Source: Corallochytrium limacisporum Hawaii
Lineage: Eukaryota > Protista > Pluriformea
Assembly (NCBI GenBank): GCA_002811645.1
Contig: PDIP01000017.1
Span: forward strand, 227,357 to 291,356
Reading direction: 5' to 3'
Length of the DNA: 64,000 bases
Shown here: one piece after another, positions 22,801 through 31,532 of the stretch
Layout: each line of letters opens with the position of its first letter
Position numbering within the stretch: position 1 is the first letter of the stretch
Translations under genes and position numbers: made by a program
Notes under the pieces: model-generated
The model's database searches: none
Seen by the model: the letters and a program-made list of their open reading frames with translations, nothing else
What the model was told of the DNA's origin: nothing

Positions 22801-23394
22801 CAGCAGCCTGTGTCTCAAGAAAAACGCCGGGAGCTGACTAGTGTTCTTGCTCTCGATCTGAACATTCGTGACGGCGAAGGGTCGTACCAGCTGTATCGAT
22901 ACTACGTCGATGAGGAAGACAACGGGGCTTCGTACACCTACAGTGGAGATAGCGAGCAACTGTGGATTAGTGAAGCTGCAAACATCAACAACCCCACCGG
23001 TCCTGAAACTGACGATGAAGAAGACAAAGGGTTCATGGGCAAGGCGCTCAGTGGTTCTTTCCCTGAAGTCCTGGTCCCAGTTGCTATCGGTCTCGCTTTA
23101 ATCGCCGTGATTGCCGCTGTCACCATTGGTGCTATCCGTCGCAGGCGACGCGGTGCTGTTACTACTGGCAAGCGTGCAGGCAGGACCTCTGGCCTTGGCA
23201 CTGGTGCCGAGAACGCCGAGCAGTACGACGATGACATGCGCATGTCCTACTATCACCTTGAGCGGGCTGGTTCTACTCAGCTAGACCAGTCCGTTCCTCA
23301 AGGGGTTCCCCGCGCGTACTATAATCGGAGCGACTATGGAACCGACTGCGATGATGAACAGTGGGACGAGCCCATTTACAACCGCGTCGTGTAA
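19825..23394 (+). CDS. Type I membrane leishmanolysin/invadolysin-like M8 metalloprotease with Thr-rich stalk and Tyr-motif tail
   Basis: Signal peptide, HxC propeptide, HELLH zinc motif, GAELEDGG..GSAGAHWEKR, LALMEDSGWY, DYCPY; mucin-like stalk; TM helix VLVPVAIGLALIAVIAAVTIGAI followed by RRRRR. Confidence 0.92.
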   Translation: MKALLCGTAALALVSVARGHVGHHAPENQNHLVHENEHVCTGAVDGGLDPNFLRAPQAYNSHIQRRDGVFGGAYTNLRITPVYADISGLSAAEQDVLTNQVMPGAITYLENAMGVIPVNGNLGLPSDSRCQGYYTSGTYAGKCASASNSDVMCRDVAIDESMLAPLEVCSVADGCSMQGGGEGVADTDFVVFVTSVSEPGSTCDPNSSTLAYALSCGLDQNDRPVAGYIRFCPSKFSANDSAINQQIGTAVHELLHALVFSPNLYAFFRDDNGNPRTARDALGYPPYNATGWIADENTIKAFEERGHTVTKIVTPRVVEAVKRHFDCPTLNGAELEDGGSGGSAGAHWEKRQFYEDVMIAVSTPNYYLSIMDLALMEDSGWYKANWSVQETLPWGFHEGCSFATDECISDTGEALDDAHFCTTTTDGCSADYTAKARCNVVNYGSDLPGQFQWFEESTQGGLNQFFDYCPYYWAFSNGDCRNPSNEGANAALYGETYGSNSICLTGTLLDDSYVPVDTASGLCMEHRCLWVDYSVQLEIRPVGGVWKECTPGGSVSFPGYTGSIDCPPANEVCQLWKNDIWNHQNLPAGVVAVEENVNEPAADWTPNGLVTETTSSTTPVEESTTTSETSSATTDPTTTTTTDPTTTTTTDPTTTTTTDPTTTTTTTDPTSTSTTDPTTTTTTDPTTTTTTDPTTTSTTTEDPTTTTPSSTTEDPTSTSTTSTTTEDPTTTSEPTTITSTSETTVTTTVTEDPTTATTTISTTITEDPTTTTTTVSTTVPTTVSTTTTSTTVVTETVTEPFTDSETSPTPLETPPETTATETTVTPEIDFDVNDKIDPDEFGYAAPLREEDDEMVALYITGINRTAFIADETVYRFRLADAISAGTGTAFDGNDVKIRQVNQQLIGIQVSITVRDPQGNVQSASLLVRVLLSVLNLLNDASGLNVRAAEAFNIPNDTFTPVDVREENIQAAAETVLGELPGGPSLLSISYAAQQPVSQEKRRELTSVLALDLNIRDGEGSYQLYRYYVDEEDNGASYTYSGDSEQLWISEAANINNPTGPETDDEEDKGFMGKALSGSFPEVLVPVAIGLALIAVIAAVTIGAIRRRRRGAVTTGKRAGRTSGLGTGAENAEQYDDDMRMSYYHLERAGSTQLDQSVPQGVPRAYYNRSDYGTDCDDEQWDEPIYNRVV
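21727..21935 (+). repeat. Coding minisatellite, about 8-9 copies of a 24-nt unit encoding DPTTTTTT
   Basis: The unit gatccgaccactaccaccactacg starts at 21727, 21751, 21775, 21799, 21826, 21850, 21874 and 21898. Confidence 0.95.
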
Positions 23395-23451
23395 AGATAT
23401 TAAACAGCTACTATTTCTTTATGTCTAATACACTGGAACATTGTTGTGTGT

Positions 23452-24909
23452 CTACGCTATGATTCCATAGTGGCGCAGCTTGGAAAGGAAGTCGGAGCGT
23501 GCATGGTAGCAGCCACTCATACGACGGAAGCCAGTGAATTCCTTGCGACCGTGCATCACACGCCAGTTGTCAAAGATGAGTGCAGTTCCGGGTTGCAAGG
23601 AAAAGGTGTACTGGTTGGACGGGTCATTACACATTTTCACCCAAGTGCGGACCGCACGGTAGAAAGAATCAAGGTCTTTAGACTCTACGTGATCCTGGAC
23701 ATCGCGGTCGTCGTCGTTCCAGCGGATGTGCTGAATGTCACCATGTTTGTCCTCAGTGATAACCGGATACTCCGTCTTCATGTTGTTATGATGATCCTTG
23801 AAATGGAACTTCACCGTCTGGCGCTTCATGAATTCATACAGCTCAGGATCATTTTGCTTGAGAGAATTGGTAATGAAGAACCCGTCAGTAAGTGTGGACT
23901 CACCACCGACCACATTTTTAGCCTCCAGGATATGGAACATTTGTAGACCGGCAGGCTGATGCAGGTATGTTGTATCGGTGTGCGCTAGGAGCTCAAAGTT
24001 TGTGTAGGCAGTGTCCTCGTACTCCAAGTCAGGCACGAAGTCGTAAAACGAGCCGTACAGAGTGTTCATGATGGGCCCGATACGTGCTGCCATCTCCTCG
24101 GTCTTCGTGGGACACGCAGGAACACTCTGAATGAACGCGTAACCCATGGTCCATAGGTTCTTGAAGAGGCTGACCTGTGCCTTGATTTCGGTCTCTTTGT
24201 CTTCGCTCATCAGAGAGGCGTAGTCAACATCAGGACTGGCAACAGAATTGACCCTTTCAACATTCCAGAGGATACGATTGTGCTTGCTTTGGTTGGCTTT
24301 CGGGCCCTCTTCCTTGCCCTCAACTACGTTTCGAATGAAGGAGGTATGATATGTGCTCTCGTGACCGTCGCTCCATTTCACGATGACGTCTTCGCCCTCT
24401 TGAGATACTGTTTCCGCCTGCAGATCTACAGCAATGTCAGCAGTAGCTATTGAACGCTGACTTGTTGCGGCAAAGAAGCATTTTGCACACCGGCAATGGT
24501 CCCGAAGCCAAAGGGCGTGTAGGGGTCTTTTGACGCCAGGAATCGTCACAGCATCCGCTAATTGAGTACCATTCGGAGCAGTTGCTTGAGAATAATACCG
24601 GAGTCCCGCGGGACCAATGGTCCTGGACACATGAAAAGGAGAAATCTGTATAAGAAAGAGAAGTATAAACAATATGAAAGTTAGAGATCTGGTTGCTCAA
24701 ATTCAAGGTGTTGATATCGGAAAATCAACCATGGACTTTCGAGGGTAACGTATCGACTAGCCCAAACTATGTCATTCCCGATTTACTATTTTGCACGTGA
24801 AACGAGCCAAACCAAGCAATGGAAAGGTCACTGGTTCGGTAGATACCAACATGCGTATGCTTGGTTACAGCCATATTGTACTTACCCTTGTGGAGACTAC
24901 CCTCAGCAT
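23452..24909 (-). CDS. TMLHE: Trimethyllysine dioxygenase (carnitine biosynthesis), mitochondrial; exons 24909-24886 and 24645-23452
   Basis: WLRDHCRC..C, WSDGHESTY, DTAYT, HTDTTY, FDNWRVMHGR. The spliced N-terminus MLRVVSTRISPFHVSR... resembles a mitochondrial presequence. Confidence 0.9.
24646..24885 (-). other. Spliceosomal intron (240 nt, phase 0) in TMLHE (snoRNA host)
   Basis: GTAAGT donor at 24885, CTCTAAC branch, pyrimidine tract, TACAG acceptor at 24646. Confidence 0.88.
24712..24856 (-). ncRNA. Box H/ACA snoRNA, SNORA8(ACA8)/snR31-type, with two 18S pseudouridylation pockets
   Basis: Hairpin 1 (GCAUGU/ACGUGC, CCGAACCA/UGGUUUGG) has pocket GGUAUCU + UCGUUU matching 18S AGACGA-U-C-AGAUACC. 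H box AAAAUA/AUAGUA. Hairpin 2 has pocket CAUAGUU + UGGUUGA matching 18S UUAACCA-U-A-AACUAUG, with an AUA box 14 nt downstream. Confidence 0.88.
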
Positions 24910-25985
24910 GTTCAAAGACACGGAGTTTCCGTACACTGCAGTCACTCCATTCATATATAGGCAAAGATCTAGTTCATTCTGCCAATGACCTTCAAATACA
25001 CGTCAGTCGTGTCCAAAATGACGAGCTCGTACAACCAAGAGACCGATTTCCGCTATTGTGATCCACCACGACGCCTTACCCGCGTCACGTATCATCACCC
25101 TGATAGAGCTCTGTGACCAAAGCCATTGTGCACATTCACCGGGGTTTCCATAGACATTGCATAGAACAGAAGCACCACAATTCCGACTCGAATTACCAGA
25201 ATTTCTCCGCTTTGGGCAGTACGACATTCCCATACCGAATGTACCACCGGAGTTGCTGGCTGGGATAAATCAATATTTCCCGAGCTCTAAGGCCGGCACA
25301 TGCACAGGGCCAGGACCACTTCTTCATTTGATGGTCCAAGGGGTTGCGGTGTAAGATCATGTGCCGCGCCTCATCAACGAGTGGTGTGTAACTGTTGGAG
25401 TGACTCTTCCTTCTGTGCCTCATCCAACAGGAACAACCCCACTTCAAAAGGCCAGCAAAGCAGTCCAAACTGGGACGTACGGTGGATGATCAGAACAGCT
25501 CTGGGAATAGACTCCACCATGTGATTGGGGGTGCATGTTCTTTTCCTGTTTATGGTGCGCTCTCAGTTGAGCCGTTCTGATACTTCTGCCACTTTGTATG
25601 GTTTCAGAGTTTCGCTGTTGTTGTTGTAAGCCAAGGCACAGGCGAAGATTGCCGTGGGTTCTGGTACATGTATCCTTTGGCTGGTGCATCGTCTATTTCC
25701 ACCAACGTGATACTTAATACATTGCATTTGAAATGTGAGTATGGAGCTATCAGGATACGAGCAATGACATTACTTGTTCCCAATGAGAGCGACGTAAACC
25801 CACAGTTACCATCCGAGGCAACGCAGAATCAATTTACAATAGGTACCCAGCACCGCGGCTGCTTCTCCTGGGTTAGGTGTTGGTTGCTCTGTTGAGTCTT
25901 TGGTGTAGGGCTGATTGAATGTTCAGGCCTACAGGATCTGTACGGTAAACAAACAAGGGATAACGAAGGCGTGAAAGAGGACGAG

Positions 25986-26011
25986 CCCCCCCCCCTCCGG
26001 CCTCCCCCCCC
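25986..26011. promoter_or_regulatory. Poly-C/CCGG element between TMLHE and ETFB
   Basis: C10-tccggcct-C8 in a divergent region. Confidence 0.45.
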
Positions 26012-26592
26012 TTCAGCACAGCTGGGCGGCAAGAAAATCAGGCCCTTTTCCACGGGGGAAGCTAACGGATCACCCGCACGCATACGCCGCCAATTGAGCA
26101 CGCCCTGACCACAATTGAAAAGCGGTCCAACTACGCCTGTGAGCCAAATCGCACCCACAGAACGGGTGGGGGGCCGAACGGAGAAAATATTGTTGTGACC
26201 AGGCATGACACCACGGGGTTTTCTCTTGAGGTGCATTCGAAGCCAAATTCTGACCAGATATCCCCGCAATCAAACCATACTTTCAGTATACAAAGTTTTG
26301 CGACTCATGGGTAGTGTTTGGGCCACGGAACCCAGATGCGTGTGGGGGTGTCAACGGAACTGGGGCAGAGCATGAAGTACCGTGTCGGCGTGTGTGCAGG
26401 ACTGTTGCAGCTCAAAATCCCTACAAGCAGCCAGTTTGGTCTAATAGTGCTTCTTGACACCATTCTGATTGCCATAAACTCGGTCATGTTTGATTGGTAT
26501 AAGTTTGCGTGAGTCGGAGGGTAAAGAATTATTGTAAATTTTCCTCTTTGAATACTACGGGAAATAGTCTTACTTACCGTTCATAGCTCAAA

Positions 26593-27360
26593 ATGTCGCT
26601 TCGTGTTATGGTTACCGTTAAGCGGGTCATTGACTACGCTGTCAAGATCCGTGTCAAGCCTGACAAGCTCGGCGTTGTCACTGAGGGCGTAAAGCACTCC
26701 ATGAACCCATTCGACGAGATTGCGGTCGAGGAAGCTGTCCGCATGAAGGAGAAGAAGCAAGTTCAGGAGATCGTGGCCGTGACCTGCGGTCCCGCTAAGA
26801 ACGAGGAAACCTTGCGTACTGCACTAGCTATGGGAGCTGACCGCGGTGTACACGTTGTTGTTGATGGAGAAGACTACGATGGTTTGCAGCCCTTGGGTGT
26901 GGCCAAGATCCTCTCCGAGGTCGCGAAGAAGCAGGACGTCAACATTGTGTTCCTGGGTAAACAGGCCATTGATGACGATATGAACCAGACGGGACAGATG
27001 GTCAGTGCTCTTCTGAACTGGCCTCAGGCTACCTTTGCTTCAAAGATTGATGTTGATGGTGACAAGCTGGCTGTTACTCGCGAAATTGACGGTGGTTTGG
27101 AGAACATCAAGGTTAAGATGCCCGCTGTTGTCACTGCCGATCTGCGCCTTAATGAACCACGCTATGCCACTTTGCCCAACATTATGAAGGCCAAGAAAAA
27201 GAAGGTTGAGAAGATCAAACCCGCTGATCTCGGTGTCGATATTACCCCTCGCCTGAAGGTGATCTCCGTGGAAGACCCCCCTGTCCGTGAAGCTGGTATC
27301 AAGGTGGAAACCGTTGACGAACTGGTGGACAAGCTGAAGAACGAAGCCAAGGTCCTCTAA
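26593..27360 (+). CDS. ETFB: Electron transfer flavoprotein beta subunit
   Basis: [59 protein letters not shown] possible 5'-UTR intron lies at 26509-26586. Confidence 0.98.
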   Translation: MSLRVMVTVKRVIDYAVKIRVKPDKLGVVTEGVKHSMNPFDEIAVEEAVRMKEKKQVQEIVAVTCGPAKNEETLRTALAMGADRGVHVVVDGEDYDGLQPLGVAKILSEVAKKQDVNIVFLGKQAIDDDMNQTGQMVSALLNWPQATFASKIDVDGDKLAVTREIDGGLENIKVKMPAVVTADLRLNEPRYATLPNIMKAKKKKVEKIKPADLGVDITPRLKVISVEDPPVREAGIKVETVDELVDKLKNEAKVL

Positions 27361-27793
27361 GTCTGTTCTTATTTTGTTGCGTTCAGAAAAACATGGACAA
27401 GAATGCTTTGAATGGTCATAATTTCAACCGCACTGCGGAGGTTCAGTTGGAGTTGAAATAATCTATTAAAATCGTCATAGAAAATGGAACTTACTATATC
27501 CACAAAAGAGCTGTCATGTTATTGGCATGGCGAGGACGCCAATCTAGAAATTCGGACCATGAACCGTTGACACACTAAGCATGGTCTTTCTCCATTAAAC
27601 AATCTGTATCAATCAATTTTAGAATATTGATTATTTCCCAGCTGGGCGGTAGACTCCTATACTTCAGGTAGCCACTTCCCCTCCACGCCCGCTTGGTGGG
27701 CCGGCAGCCTAGGGGTGCGCACGGAAAATCCCGGCCCAACGCACACAAACCGTTGAAAGCATATTCATCACAGGCTATAGATACAAGGCACAA

Positions 27794-28196
27794 ATGAAGG
27801 CTTCATCAATAGTACCTATGACTGTGCAGGCTGTGGCGAACCCTGTCAAACAACCAAAGACTGTTGACAGCTGGATCATGACTGTCACAGAGCTTCATCG
27901 CACCCATTGGGCATTACACGAAGGAAATGCCAGATGTGGAGGACTTAATGCAGGAGCTTCCCTCTGAAGTACAGGAAGCCATCGCACGGTCGCGTGTGCC
28001 CGACGAAAGCCTTGCCGTAGACTTGCCAGACTTTGTCCGCATCGCATACTCCCTAGTCGATATTCCAGTGCATGAAAACGTGATCGAGAGCCTGCACTTG
28101 CTATTCTCCTTGTTCCTTGAATTCCGTGACTCGCAGCACTTTAATCAACAGAGTGTTATGCCACTTCCTGTCACCAATGTTCACAAAATAGAATAG
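27794..28196 (+). pseudogene. IFT46: IFT46, frameshifted/truncated; only the C-terminal 89 aa (27927-28196) are an intact ORF
   Basis: The frame from 27794 encodes ...PKTVDSWIMTVTELHR. The +1 frame continues HYTKEMPDVEDLMQE...VDIPV..NVIESLHLLFSLFLEFRDSQHF, the IFT46 C-terminal signature. No intron can repair the shift at about 27902. Confidence 0.8.
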
Positions 28197-28218
28197 ATTC
28201 TCGGATATGTAGGATCAT

Positions 28219-29664
28219 TTACTTTGTGATTGCAGTACGCAGCGCAGACTTGCGACGCTTCTTGTTCTTAGTTTGTGACACCAGCTTACGAACCATCTGT
28301 TTCGTTTCATTCCCTTTCAGACGCATGTTGACATTTGCCAGATGATTCTCAGGCTTTTCCGGTTCTTGACGTGCCTCCTGTTTGTTGGTTTGGGCCACCT
28401 TCTCAAAGAGTGCGAGGAAGAACCCGATGGTACCATGCTCATCTGGTTCGGCCCGGACGCATTTGGATCCATCTGGGCACTCCCTGTCCCATCCGCGACC
28501 GGAGAAAGTTGGGAGACATTTTGTAAGGACAAAGTCTTTGTGCGATTCAAGGAACTTCTTCACCACTCTTTCATTCTCAACAGCATGTATGGAACATGTC
28601 GAATATGCAATTCTCTTAACCTTCGGGAACGTGGCTGCATGGTTGAGGCAGCTAAGTTGGAATTCACTTAACTTGGCAAGACGTTCATCCTGACTGTCTT
28701 TGCTTGCCTTGCGCTGCAGGATATTATCGAAACGATCGTGCACACCGGATCCTGAACAAGATGGATCCAAGAGGATATACTCAGTCAGATTAAATGGATC
28801 TGCTTTGGTATTGGTTTGGAGGAAGTCCTGGTGAAGCACTTCGATGTTTTTCGCGCCATGCGCATGAACTCGGCTTCGTAACAATTCAACACGATGAGGT
28901 GTGATGTCACACGCAATAATCTTACCCCTGTTCTTCATTAAGGCTGATAGGTGCAGAGTCTTGTTCCCAGGCGCTGAGCATGCGTCTATCACCACCGATT
29001 TTGCTGGCGGTGCTAACGCTAAAGCCGGAAAACAACTGGCCTTATTCTGTATCATCACTTTCCCACTCATTATCAACGAATGTTGATGAATATCTGTTGT
29101 ACCCGGGAGAACAAGGAGATCCGGTACAAGATCGTCGACATAGAATTGCTTCAAAGTCAGGTTCTTCCAAGACCTCTCCTCGGCTTGTTCCCAGCCCTCA
29201 GAAACAAGCGTATCTATGACCTCTTTAGAGCTTGTCTTCAATGTGTTTATCCGGACAAATTTGGGATAGATTCTACCCTTCTTTACAGTTTCATCGTCTG
29301 CCGTAAGTGCCGCAGCCTGCTTCTTCAAGTCCTCAGCTTTTATCTTGAATGGTCTGACAAGACTGCCACCACATTTGAGTCCTGACCCACACACTACTTC
29401 ATAGGCAAGGACCAGGAACATTTCGAGGTTAAATGACTCAAATTCTTGAGATCTTCGCTCAAACAGAGTCTTGAGCATGTCATAGTAGTTGAGCACCCCG
29501 TACACTAAGGCAGACACTATTTTCTTATTAGGGTACTTGCTTCTAAGGATGGTGGCCTTTACTGTACCACCCTTTTCATGCAAACTCCTCAGAGCATCAC
29601 TTGCAGCATAGTACAGCCGGTTCGACCCACTGCGCAATCGACCGGAAGCCTTGCTGCTACCCAT
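28219..29664 (-). CDS. NSUN5: rRNA m5C methyltransferase NSUN5/Rcm1
   Basis: VRINTLK, IQNKASCFPA, DACSAPGNKT, LDPSCSGSG, YSTCSIHAVENE. Confidence 0.93.
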   Translation of the reverse strand: MGSSKASGRLRSGSNRLYYAASDALRSLHEKGGTVKATILRSKYPNKKIVSALVYGVLNYYDMLKTLFERRSQEFESFNLEMFLVLAYEVVCGSGLKCGGSLVRPFKIKAEDLKKQAAALTADDETVKKGRIYPKFVRINTLKTSSKEVIDTLVSEGWEQAEERSWKNLTLKQFYVDDLVPDLLVLPGTTDIHQHSLIMSGKVMIQNKASCFPALALAPPAKSVVIDACSAPGNKTLHLSALMKNRGKIIACDITPHRVELLRSRVHAHGAKNIEVLHQDFLQTNTKADPFNLTEYILLDPSCSGSGVHDRFDNILQRKASKDSQDERLAKLSEFQLSCLNHAATFPKVKRIAYSTCSIHAVENERVVKKFLESHKDFVLTKCLPTFSGRGWDRECPDGSKCVRAEPDEHGTIGFFLALFEKVAQTNKQEARQEPEKPENHLANVNMRLKGNETKQMVRKLVSQTKNKKRRKSALRTAITK

Positions 29665-30618
29665 TTGCAAGGAAGTTTGTACCTAGCATGCTTTCTCCTA
29701 CAAAAGGATTTCACAATTTCGAAATCGCAGTTATAGATGCACAAATCCTGAGGCAGTTCTGCCTTTAAATCTGTTGAGTACCTTCTTTATTTGCAGGAGC
29801 AAACAGTTCATAGAACCCAGCTTGAGAGATGGAGCACACGCAAAATCTGGACCCCACGCGCCAGTTAGAGTTTCCTCGGGAGGGAGGGTTTTGTTGCGTG
29901 GTGGACCGTTGAGGGAGGAGGGAGCGCACAGCAGCCCCACGCAACTACAGTAGTGGTTCCGTACACAAAGAGAACAGGGAGATGCAAGTTTAGACTAGTA
30001 TCTGCGATTCATAAGAAAGAGTAAGGAGCTAGAAGATCGGAATGTATGATCGCTTCAGGGCGGATGTTCTCATAGAGCATATGTCTGTAACATTGCCAGA
30101 CAGCAACCAACGTGTTTGATCTTCGCGCCGTAAGTCGCGCCCGTATTCCCATGCAAGTCCGAAGACCTGTGCAGAAGGGCGCCGGCTTAGTTAGCGCGTG
30201 TTGAAAACTCGAAGAAAAGAGTCATGCTCAACCCCAAAGGATCTATTGAATGTTTCTTGAAATACATGAGAACTGTGAGCGCGCCTTTCCGCTATTGCTA
30301 CGCCTCATAGCGTTCTCGTCCTACTCTGTCCCTCCCCCTCCCTGCCTCTGGCTCTTCTTGTCTCTGTGTTATCCAGCAGTCATATATTAATCATACGCTG
30401 ACGTAAGCGACCGTCTTTCCATCCTAGTTCTACCATTTTCCATGCCCCACCTGGTAGGCGAGCCCGAAGGCAAGAGCGGCGGAGGAGAGGATGGGCCGAG
30501 TCTCTGACTTCAGGTACTTGGAAAATAGCAAAGCAACACATGGCTTTGCAAGCATCCTCCCTAATTCACATCACCATCTGTGCGGAAACAATTAGACTAG
30601 GGCGTAAACCTAACCAAT

Positions 30619-31476
30619 ATGCTGATTAGGCGTTTGGCTGCCCTGGGAGGGCGGTCACTAACCGTTAAAGGATTGAACTTCTCAACAGAAGCGAGGAGAG
30701 TCTTCGCAACAATACCGGGTTCACAGCCACTAGCAAGGATATTCATTTGTAAGCCTGCCTTGCAATTAAGGTACTTTGCCACAGAGCCCAATGGAACTTC
30801 GGAACAGGAAAGTCCTAGGAAAACAACCATGCTAGATCATATCTTGAACACATATGTTTCAAGACTGAACCACGCGTTCACATTCCATCCCCATGAGTCT
30901 GCGGCGTGCATGGTTGGAATGGACATTTTGTCGATCTACGGTACTTATACAGCACTTGGTCTTTTGGGACTAGATTTCTCGGCAAACTTTGCACTTGCGT
31001 TTGCCCTTAGCCGGACCGTCCGCCGGTTGCGTTTGCCTATGGAGTTAGCCGTTGCAGGCGTTCTCGCCAAAATGGCCCCACAGCTAAGGGAAGTCAAGTT
31101 CAGTCGCCTCATTGAGCGGATCATCGGGCGAGCTCCTCAGGCACCATGGGAAAATAAGGATGGTTCACCCACAAGCAACAGAATGCTCGGGCTAATGCAG
31201 AAGGCTGCTGACCTGATCGACCACTACGGTCTTGCGTACATGCTAGCTTCTCGATTGTCTGGTTTAGCTGTGGTCACCACCATGTACATGTGTCTTGAGT
31301 ATGGCATTGATGTGGTACCTTACTTGGAAAAATGGGGCTTTGGACAGGTTGGTGACGTATTGGGACAGTGGGCAGCAGCCGTAGTGTTCTCGGCTGCACT
31401 ATGGCCTGTATACATTCAGGCGGTTCCCACCGCGGCTGGGATTATTGGAAGGGCACGAAAAGGTGGAGTAATGTAA
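30619..31476 (+). CDS. Putative mitochondrial membrane protein with DUF1279/FAM210-like unit(s)
   Basis: Arg-rich presequence-like N-terminus; YGLAY...MY..LEYGIDV..L.KWG...G.WAAA...P pattern; an earlier similar hydrophobic unit. Confidence 0.6.
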   Translation: MLIRRLAALGGRSLTVKGLNFSTEARRVFATIPGSQPLARIFICKPALQLRYFATEPNGTSEQESPRKTTMLDHILNTYVSRLNHAFTFHPHESAACMVGMDILSIYGTYTALGLLGLDFSANFALAFALSRTVRRLRLPMELAVAGVLAKMAPQLREVKFSRLIERIIGRAPQAPWENKDGSPTSNRMLGLMQKAADLIDHYGLAYMLASRLSGLAVVTTMYMCLEYGIDVVPYLEKWGFGQVGDVLGQWAAAVVFSAALWPVYIQAVPTAAGIIGRARKGGVM

Positions 31477-31532
31477 CGTGGCCTGTGTGTTAAAGAACTG
31501 ACAAAGCATGGAATAAACATCTGTAATTGCAT

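Noticed and set aside
25003-25098. Minus-strand GTGATGA...CTGA as a C/D snoRNA
   Set aside because: No terminal stem, no recognisable rRNA or snRNA antisense element, and no supported host intron.
27893-27911. Programmed +1 frameshift in IFT46
   Set aside because: No known slippery site, and about 11 nt are missing relative to homologs, which fits a deletion better.
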